Positions 38,821-45,959 of a stretch of DNA of 64,000 bases are shown piece after piece (position 1 is the stretch's first letter; every line of letters begins with the position of its first letter). Below the pieces are notes generated by a model. It was not told where the DNA came from and searched no databases. It saw only the letters and a program-made list of their open reading frames with translations. The stretch lies in NCBI GenBank assembly GCA_011390465.1, contig JAABSH010000014.1:5549-69548 (forward strand). Reading direction: 5' to 3'. The position numbers and the translations under genes were made by a program. Source of the DNA: Desulfobacteraceae bacterium. GTDB taxonomy: Bacteria; Desulfobacterota; Desulfobacteria; Desulfobacterales; Desulfosalsimonadaceae.

Positions 38821-40215
38821 ATGAGTTTAAAACAACAATACCAGGACAAACGGGTCACCGCGGAACAGGCCGCAAGTACCGTGGCATCCGGGGACATTGT
38901 GGATTATGGATATTTCAACGGAAAACCCGTGGACTGCGACAAGGCCCTGGCGCAGCGGGCCGGGGAACTGGAAAATGTGTCCATTTACACGGCGGTCTCC
39001 CTGCCGCCCATTCCGGAAGTGATCAATTATCCGGAAAGCTTTATTTATATGGACTGGCACTGGAGCAAGCTCACCCGGATTATTACTGAACAAGTTTCCA
39101 CCTGCTATTATTCTCCCATCCAGTATCATCGGGCCCCTTATTATTACCGGCATCTGATCCCCAATGATCATGGCGGGCGTTCCTATGATTACGTGCGGGA
39201 AACCAAGCGCCCCCGGCGATGGATTTCCATCTGCCAGGCGGCGCCCATGGATGAGCACGGGTATTTTAATTTCGGACCCCAGACATCCGCCTCATCCGCT
39301 TGCATCGATGCCGCGGATGTTGTCATTGTTGAAGTCAATCCCAAACAGCCCAAAGCTTTAGGCGGAAGTGAGGAATCGGTTCACATTTCCCGGGTGGATT
39401 ACATCGTGGAACAGGCCGGTGAAGGGGCGGATCTTTTTGATGCCCCTTTGCCGCAGCCGTCGGAAGTGGACAAAAAAATAGCCGAAAATATCATGCCGTT
39501 TATTCATGACGGCAGCTGTATCCAACTGGGCATCGGGGCCATGCCCAATGCGGTGGGGGATCTGATTGCGGAGTCGGATCTGAAAAATCTGGGCGGGCAT
39601 ACGGAAATGCTGGTGGATGCCTATGTGAAAATGATTTCAGCCGGCAAAATGAACGGGTCCAAAAAGAATATTGACCGTCACCGGTGTGTGTACACGTTTG
39701 CCATCGGCAGTAAAAATTTATATGATTTTATTGACAACAACCCGGCGCTTGCCGCTTATAATGTGGATTATACCAATGATCCGCGCATCATTTCACAGAA
39801 TGATAACATGGTGAGCATCAACAACGCGGTGCAGGTGGATCTGTTCTCCCAGGTGAATGCGGAATGCACGGCCGGCCGCCAGATTTCAGGCAACGGCGGC
39901 ATGTGGGATTTTATCCTGGGCGCCACCTGGGCCAAAAACGGCCGGAGTTTCATCTGTCTGGCGTCCACCCATACAAATCCCGATGGTCAGGTGGTGTCCA
40001 GAATTATTCCGGCCCTTGCTCCGGGCAGCATTGTCACCATTCCCCGGCAGATGGTGGATACCATTGTCACGGAATATGGCGCGGTCCGGCTCACGGCCCT
40101 TCCCACCTGGATGCGGGCGGAAAAACTGATCAGCATTGCCCATCCGGATTTCCGGGATGATTTGATCAAGGAAGCTGAGAAGTGGAAGATCTGGCGCCGG
40201 TCCAATAAAAAATGA
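38821..40215 (+). CDS. acetyl-CoA hydrolase/transferase-family CoA-transferase
   Basis: Length and motifs ([24 protein letters not shown]) are typical of butyryl/succinyl-CoA:acetate CoA-transferases. Confidence 0.8.
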   Translation: MSLKQQYQDKRVTAEQAASTVASGDIVDYGYFNGKPVDCDKALAQRAGELENVSIYTAVSLPPIPEVINYPESFIYMDWHWSKLTRIITEQVSTCYYSPIQYHRAPYYYRHLIPNDHGGRSYDYVRETKRPRRWISICQAAPMDEHGYFNFGPQTSASSACIDAADVVIVEVNPKQPKALGGSEESVHISRVDYIVEQAGEGADLFDAPLPQPSEVDKKIAENIMPFIHDGSCIQLGIGAMPNAVGDLIAESDLKNLGGHTEMLVDAYVKMISAGKMNGSKKNIDRHRCVYTFAIGSKNLYDFIDNNPALAAYNVDYTNDPRIISQNDNMVSINNAVQVDLFSQVNAECTAGRQISGNGGMWDFILGATWAKNGRSFICLASTHTNPDGQVVSRIIPALAPGSIVTIPRQMVDTIVTEYGAVRLTALPTWMRAEKLISIAHPDFRDDLIKEAEKWKIWRRSNKK

Positions 40216-40221
40216 CGGCTT

Positions 40222-40370
40222 CGTAAAAAGTCCAAATTCTTTGTTGCGCTGCATCCCCAGCTGCTTCAACGTAAGCCAAGTACTTATAATTGCTGGAAAT
40301 TTGCGTGAATAGCCAATTTTATGAGATTGGTGGAGCTTTTTTCTTTGCCGTCTAAATCTGACTTTTTACG
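40222..40370. repeat. inverted-repeat element (arms cgtaaaaagtc / gactttttacg)
   Basis: Arms at 40222..40232 and 40360..40370. Same arm sequence as the element at 17918..18014, with a different interior. Confidence 0.5.
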
Positions 40371-40379
40371 GTTTATTAT

Positions 40380-40454
40380 CCCGCAGAGGCGCAGAGGCGC
40401 TGAGATTTTTTCTCTGCGAGCCCTGCGCCTTTGCCGGAGATAAGGTTTTTTAAG
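40380..40454. repeat. REP/MITE-like palindromic repeat, copy R1
   Basis: Its reverse complement aligns over ~70 bp with 44520..44588 (cttaaaaaa..cttatctcc..gcagagg/aaggcgcag.gctcgcagagaaa.aaatctcagcgcctctgcggg). Confidence 0.6.
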
Positions 40455-40500
40455 ATGGGTTACCTTGAAAGTCGCAAATAAAAAGGGCGGGTTGCGGTCT

Positions 40501-43500
40501 CTACATCCCATACTCTGCCCGTTCGATCAGCTCGATCTGCATGTCCCGGTTCAGGGTGACAAAATAGGCGTTATAACCGGAGATCCGCACCAGCAGGTTC
40601 CGGTAGGTTTCCGGGTGGGCCATGGCGTCTTTCAAGGTTTCCGAGGTCACCACGTTCATCTGCATCTGCATGCCGCCCAAATCAAAATAGGTTTTCACAT
40701 AGGAGAACATGTCGCCTACGGTTTTTTCCCGGGAGTCGCCGGCGGCCGGCACCATTTTGACATTAAAGGCGATGTTGTTGGTGATGTTTTTTTTGTCCAG
40801 CCGGGCCACGTCCCGGATATTGTCCAGCAGATTTTTTGAGGCATTGGGCTCCGGCGTGAGGCCGGGGGTAAAGGCTTTTCCCCGGAGCCGGCCCGATGGC
40901 AGGGCCCCGGTGAGGGTGCCGTAGGCCACATGATTGGACATGGACCAGAACCCCACCGTGTATTTTCCGCCCCGGTAATGGGGTTTTGATCCGTAATGGT
41001 CATGGGCGAATTTGGCGACCCGGTCCGCCATGAGAACGGCCTCATCACTGCCCGAGCCGAACAGGGCCACTTTTCGGGTGACCATGGCGTGCAGGGCCGG
41101 ATCATTTTCAAAATTTTCATCCACGGCTTTTTTCAGCCGGGCAAGGCTCACCTTTTTTTCATCATACACCAGTTTTTTGATCACCAGAAGCGAGTCTGTC
41201 ACATCCGCAAGACCGATGAGGGCCGCGCCCGAGCTGTTGTACCGGGCACCGCCTTTGGTGACATCCTTTCCCTTTTCAATGCACCCGTCAATGACCGATG
41301 AGAGCAACGGTGTGGGCCGGAGCTGTTGATGGGCGCCGCCCAGCATTTCATTGTATCGGATGGACTGGTCAATGTTAAAGGTAAACTGGGTGGTGAAGGC
41401 ATTAAAAAAGTCATCAAAGGTTTTAAACCCGTCCGCTTCCGGGTTTTCCGTGTCTGTTTGTTCAGTCTCTATTTTTCCCGTGTCTGGGCCGAATTTCCAG
41501 TCCAGCAGGGGGTGGCGGCCGTTGTTCATGGCCATTTCAAGAGCTGCCACCATGTTCATCATCTGGAAATTGGTATGGCCGATGTGTTTGCCGGACAGAG
41601 TGGGCTCCACACACCCGGTGGCGGACCAGTTGCGCAGGTCCTCTATGGGGTAGTTGAATTCAGCCAGAGATTCCATTACCGCGCTGTCATTGTGCATGGA
41701 AGGCGTGGCAGTGGTAATTAGGTTGACCTCGCAGAGGCGTTTTAAATAGGTATCGCTATTGATCCCCGGCGAAAACCGGGCGTTCACGTTGGGATCCCGG
41801 ATGGACAGCATTTCCGTGACTTTTAAAAAAATATAGGTCATGTCGCAGACCCCGTCATCACCGTCCGGGGTCATGCCGCCCAGAGTGATGGCCTGGTCTG
41901 ATGAACTGCCGCCAAACACCCAGTTGGCAATATCCGGGGTGAGGGGCAGGTGATCGGTGCATCGCATATAAAGGCAGCCAATGAGTTCCACCGCATATTT
42001 GATATATGCTTTCTTTTCCGCATCTGTTGTGAGTTTTTCCATGTCTGCGGCAAAATAAGGCTGAAGCCATTGATCCAGGCGGCCCATGGACAGACCGGCA
42101 TTGGTGCTCTCCATGTGAAGCCCTATCCAGGATATCCACACGGCGTTCACCGCCTCATCCAGAGTCCGGGCCGGTCTTTCCACCACCTGACTGCAAATTT
42201 TTGATAGTTTCGTCAGTTCAGCTTTTCTTTGGGGATTCTTTTCTGAGGCAGCTTTTTCTTCGGCATGACGGGCCAGGCTTCTGGAATAGCCAGTCAGCCC
42301 TTCCAGACAGAGAACCATGGCGGTGAGGGTTGCCTTTTCATCGGAGGCATTATCAAATGCATTCATCTGCTCCTTTATTTCAGCGATGATGCCACTGGTG
42401 CCGAGGCGGAGCAGTTTGGGAAAATCCGGAATGGTGTGGGAGATGGTGGCCTGTTTCCAGGTAAAATAAATGGCAAACCGTTCGTCAATCTGCTGGCACA
42501 GGGGATTTTTGTATTCCTGCCGCACCCATTCCCTGAAATTGCGTCTGGCCCAGAACGGAAATACTTCATGATGCAGGATGCCAAGGGTTTCTTCGGACAC
42601 ATCATAGGGATTTAATGTCCGGTGCGGCACTGTCAGGAGTTCCCCCCAGATCATGCTGCCGTGGCCTTCCGGATAGACCACCACGCCAATGTCTTTGGTG
42701 GTGGTGGTGCCGGCGATGAGATCATTTTCCCGGATGAGCGGTCGTCGGTTTTCCATCAGGTATTTATAGGCCTGGGCTTTCCGGAGCAGCGGATGCCAGG
42801 GATGGCCGGCCCTGTCGGTTTCCCAGCCGTTTTTTTTGTACCAGTCCGTCACCAGTTTGGGCAGTTCCGGGCAGACCTCGGGTTTGACTGTGAAGTGATC
42901 GTCCAGAAATTGTTTGACCCGGGGAAAATCATCAATGCTGAATTTAGACAAAAACGGGTCATTCAGGTATTTGACGTTTTTGTCAATGGTCTCAGCCGTC
43001 ATCAGGTACTGGAACCGTTTTTGAAGGTCATCGCTTAATTCTTTTCGGGGCACGGGGGATGCCTTGAGCAGATTCTGGGTGGACAGTCTGCGTTCTTTTT
43101 CCATGAGCTTTTTCTGCTTGCCGCTTAACAAAAGCGACAGAAAAAAGAAAAACAGGTTGAGGTAAGACGCATTGCCCGTGGGGCTTAGTTCTCCTTTGAG
43201 AACCATGAATATCTGTTCCGTGGGCGTGGCGGAGAGCAGCCGGATCACGGCCTTTTCAGAATAAAAGGTGAGCAGGGTGTCCACGGGATCCGGAATGATT
43301 TTAGATACCGATACCTTGCCGTTTTTACAAATCACAGCGGCCGATACCGTCCCGGAATCCGTGCAAAATCCAATGGAAAAATCAATCCATCCCTGATCGC
43401 TTTGCAGATATTGTTTGAGTTTGGGCCGGAAATTAAAATTTGCGGCAAACACCTTGAGCAGGGTGTTTAACAACAAATTGGTGGGTGAAAACTTGATCCG

Positions 43501-43527
43501 GTTGGCAGGGGATTGGAAGAAAAACAT
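40501..43527 (-). CDS. glycyl radical enzyme (PFL2/eliminase-type) with a ~215-aa N-terminal SCP2-like extension
   Basis: C-terminal Gly-radical motif LLVRISGYNAYFVTL; Cys loop SATGCVEP with Glu two residues after the Cys. The canonical GRE N-terminus begins near aa ~215. aggagg precedes ATG 43527, whereas the longer ORF from 43629 would overlap the activase gene. Confidence 0.85.
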   Translation of the reverse strand: MFFFQSPANRIKFSPTNLLLNTLLKVFAANFNFRPKLKQYLQSDQGWIDFSIGFCTDSGTVSAAVICKNGKVSVSKIIPDPVDTLLTFYSEKAVIRLLSATPTEQIFMVLKGELSPTGNASYLNLFFFFLSLLLSGKQKKLMEKERRLSTQNLLKASPVPRKELSDDLQKRFQYLMTAETIDKNVKYLNDPFLSKFSIDDFPRVKQFLDDHFTVKPEVCPELPKLVTDWYKKNGWETDRAGHPWHPLLRKAQAYKYLMENRRPLIRENDLIAGTTTTKDIGVVVYPEGHGSMIWGELLTVPHRTLNPYDVSEETLGILHHEVFPFWARRNFREWVRQEYKNPLCQQIDERFAIYFTWKQATISHTIPDFPKLLRLGTSGIIAEIKEQMNAFDNASDEKATLTAMVLCLEGLTGYSRSLARHAEEKAASEKNPQRKAELTKLSKICSQVVERPARTLDEAVNAVWISWIGLHMESTNAGLSMGRLDQWLQPYFAADMEKLTTDAEKKAYIKYAVELIGCLYMRCTDHLPLTPDIANWVFGGSSSDQAITLGGMTPDGDDGVCDMTYIFLKVTEMLSIRDPNVNARFSPGINSDTYLKRLCEVNLITTATPSMHNDSAVMESLAEFNYPIEDLRNWSATGCVEPTLSGKHIGHTNFQMMNMVAALEMAMNNGRHPLLDWKFGPDTGKIETEQTDTENPEADGFKTFDDFFNAFTTQFTFNIDQSIRYNEMLGGAHQQLRPTPLLSSVIDGCIEKGKDVTKGGARYNSSGAALIGLADVTDSLLVIKKLVYDEKKVSLARLKKAVDENFENDPALHAMVTRKVALFGSGSDEAVLMADRVAKFAHDHYGSKPHYRGGKYTVGFWSMSNHVAYGTLTGALPSGRLRGKAFTPGLTPEPNASKNLLDNIRDVARLDKKNITNNIAFNVKMVPAAGDSREKTVGDMFSYVKTYFDLGGMQMQMNVVTSETLKDAMAHPETYRNLLVRISGYNAYFVTLNRDMQIELIERAEYGM

Positions 43528-43559
43528 GGCAGGCCTCCTGTATAGAAAATAATATTGGT

Positions 43560-44519
43560 TTACCCGGTGGTTATTCCCCGTTTCCTGAAAATTGCATGAA
43601 AGGTTTCGATTTTTTCTCCCGCAATCCACTCGTGCATTTTTTTGTTATTTTTAAATGTGTCTGGGGTGCCGATTTTTTCATTTTTTTCATGCCACAGGGG
43701 ATTGTAGGCCAGGAGCCGGGCTCGGGTAATCCCTTGGTTACTTAAAAAATCCGCAATGGCCGTGAGATTTTTTTCCGTTGCCGTAATATCGGGAATGAGC
43801 GGGGTGCGGGCCAGCAGGTCAACCCCGGTGTCAGGCAAAAGACGGTGGAGCCGGGTGAAATTTTCAAGGATGCGGTGGTTTTTTGCGCCGCAGAATTTTT
43901 GGTGGGTGTCCGGATCAAGAATTTTAATATCATAATAAATAGTGTCGATGTAGGGCAAAACTTTTTTTTCAAAGGATGCCCACTCAAACAGGCCGCAGGT
44001 TTCCAGAAGCGTGTGAATGCCTTCGGATTTGAGTTTTTGAAGCAGAGCGGACAGAAAATCCATGTAAAGGGTAGGTTCCCCGCCGGAGAGGGTGACCCCG
44101 CCGCCGGAGTTGATGAAAAAAGGTTTGTCTTTTATCACGGCTCTTACAATTTCTTCCGGGCTCATGACCCGGCCCACCATGGACAGGGCGCCGGATGGGC
44201 AGTTTTCAATGCACAAACCGCACAATGTGCATTTCTCGCGGTCAATGAAAAATGCATTGCTCCGGTCCAGGGCGTTTTCCGGGCAAATTTCCACGCAGGT
44301 GCCGCAGTCCACGCATTCGGTTTTATCAAAGGATATTTCCGGGCCGGGCTTTTTGCTTTCCGGGTTGTGGCACCACACGCAGGACAGGGGGCAGCCTTTA
44401 AAAAACACCACACTCCGGATGCCGGGCCCGTCATCCAAAGAATTGCCTTTGATGTCTAAGATCAGGGGGATTTTGGGATTTTTACCATTCATTTTAAAGG
44501 GTCTTCCAAATAAGTGCAT
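43560..44519 (-). CDS. glycyl-radical enzyme activating protein (radical SAM with two ferredoxin-like clusters)
   Basis: DDGPGIRSVVFFKGCPLSCVWCHNPES (CX3CX2C), plus CVDCGTCVEICP and CTLCGLCIENCP. The start could be ATG 44492 instead. Confidence 0.85.
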   Translation of the reverse strand: MHLFGRPFKMNGKNPKIPLILDIKGNSLDDGPGIRSVVFFKGCPLSCVWCHNPESKKPGPEISFDKTECVDCGTCVEICPENALDRSNAFFIDREKCTLCGLCIENCPSGALSMVGRVMSPEEIVRAVIKDKPFFINSGGGVTLSGGEPTLYMDFLSALLQKLKSEGIHTLLETCGLFEWASFEKKVLPYIDTIYYDIKILDPDTHQKFCGAKNHRILENFTRLHRLLPDTGVDLLARTPLIPDITATEKNLTAIADFLSNQGITRARLLAYNPLWHEKNEKIGTPDTFKNNKKMHEWIAGEKIETFHAIFRKRGITTG

Positions 44520-44588
44520 CTTAAAAAAATCTTATCTCCCGCAGAGGCGCAGAGCTCGCAGAGAAATAAATCTCAGCGCCTCTGCGGG
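44520..44588. repeat. REP/MITE-like palindromic repeat, copy R2
   Basis: Internal 13-bp perfect inverted arms cccgcagaggcgc / gcgcctctgcggg (44538..44550 and 44576..44588). It abuts the activase ORF start, and a partial third copy, ctctgcgcctttgc, is at 44665..44678. Confidence 0.6.
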
Positions 44589-44723
44589 TTAAAAACGTTC
44601 TTTGCCAAAAAACGCAGGCATCACAGCGTCAGCAGTTTTTATGAACTTAATTCCGAGTCCATAATCTCTGCGCCTTTGCACGATAGTTAACAGGCCTTTT
44701 TGTTTTCAGCCGCCGAAGTATTA

Positions 44724-45368
44724 TTAACCGTTTTGAAGATGCCATAAAAATCTTTCATGAATTTCGGCAAGCATTTGTTCTTTTAACCCCAGAGGATCCT
44801 CATGCATGTAATCCAGCAGGGTATTGTTGATCCCGGCAATAAATCCGTGCATCTGGCTCCACATGGCAATCATGTGAAACCGGGCCGTGTCTTCGGACAT
44901 TTTTGCATCGCCGGCGGCCATGACGGCTTTGATGAAAATATCTGATACTGTTAAGGCGGTTTCAAGCTCGGTCCGGGCCGCGCCTTCCACCGGGGTTCCT
45001 ACATAATCTTTGAATTTCGGCACATGCCAGGTGAACATGAGGTTGTAGATATTGGACTGTTCAAGGCCGAAATCCATGTATTCCCGGCCCATCTGTTTCA
45101 GCCGCTCCACCGGGTCCGGATGATTTGCAAAGGCTTTTTCAAACCGGTCGTAAAGCTCTGAAAATCCCCGGGTCAGAATGGCAAGATACAGTTCATCCTT
45201 ATTCTGAAAATAATTATAAATGGTTTTGGCGGATACCCCCAAACGGCTGCCCAGTTTGCGCATGGAAAATCCGTCAAACCCGTGACAGCTCATGAGATCC
45301 AGTGCCTGCTTCAGGATTTTTTGTTTAATGGTTTCAATTTCATGAAAAGTTTTTTTGGGCCGGGGCAT
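44724..45368 (-). CDS. TetR/AcrR-family transcriptional regulator
   Basis: N-terminal HTH FSMRKLGSRLGVSAKTIYNYFQNKDELY; ~210 aa. Confidence 0.85.
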   Translation of the reverse strand: MPRPKKTFHEIETIKQKILKQALDLMSCHGFDGFSMRKLGSRLGVSAKTIYNYFQNKDELYLAILTRGFSELYDRFEKAFANHPDPVERLKQMGREYMDFGLEQSNIYNLMFTWHVPKFKDYVGTPVEGAARTELETALTVSDIFIKAVMAAGDAKMSEDTARFHMIAMWSQMHGFIAGINNTLLDYMHEDPLGLKEQMLAEIHERFLWHLQNG

Positions 45369-45959
45369 AAAATTTCCTTTCTCTATTCGATTAAATTAAA
45401 GTAACGCTGTTGATTTTATAAATCAAGAATTTTCTCCATACAGGAAAATTTTCCCGGTTGGACAAACCAACAGCAACTTGAAAAGAATTTTTATGGTTCA
45501 GGAGAAAATCCGCCAGGATGATGTTTTGTTACAAAAAGTGAATATGATTTCAGAAGGTAAAATTAATCATAATATCAGGCATATCTCGGAGAAAATATAA
45601 ATTGTCACTGTTTTGTCAAATAATTGTATGGCAATTGTCGAAAAAATGTCATCAGGCTGTAAAAAAAAATCCATATGTTCAACGCAAAGTAAAAATTAAA
45701 CTCTTTTTTAAACCATTGGCGGCACCATCAAGCGGGTAACTCATGATTTAATGAAAATGTAACAAAAGCGTTATTATTCCATAACAATTGCTGGATAAAA
45801 GGGTGACCTTGCAGCGAGTTTGGTTAGCCGCAGGATATTTTGGTTTAGATAAAGGCAGAATTATAAAATGAAGGCTCAATGGAGGTTCAACAGTATGAAA
45901 ATTGAAAGTAAGCTTTTAGAGTTTGCAATTATATCATTAACTGATCACAGGAGGGGAGA

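Noticed and set aside
43528-43629. 34-codon upstream extension of the GRE ORF (MDCGRKNRNL...)
   Set aside because: It would overlap the activase gene by 70 nt and lacks an RBS, whereas ATG 43527 is preceded by aggagg.
45556-45574. Fur box upstream of the secreted protein/TonB2 region (ggtaaaattaatcataata)
   Set aside because: By my count only 13 of 19 positions match the GATAATGATAATCATTATC consensus, in a very AT-rich background, so it is not distinguishable from chance.
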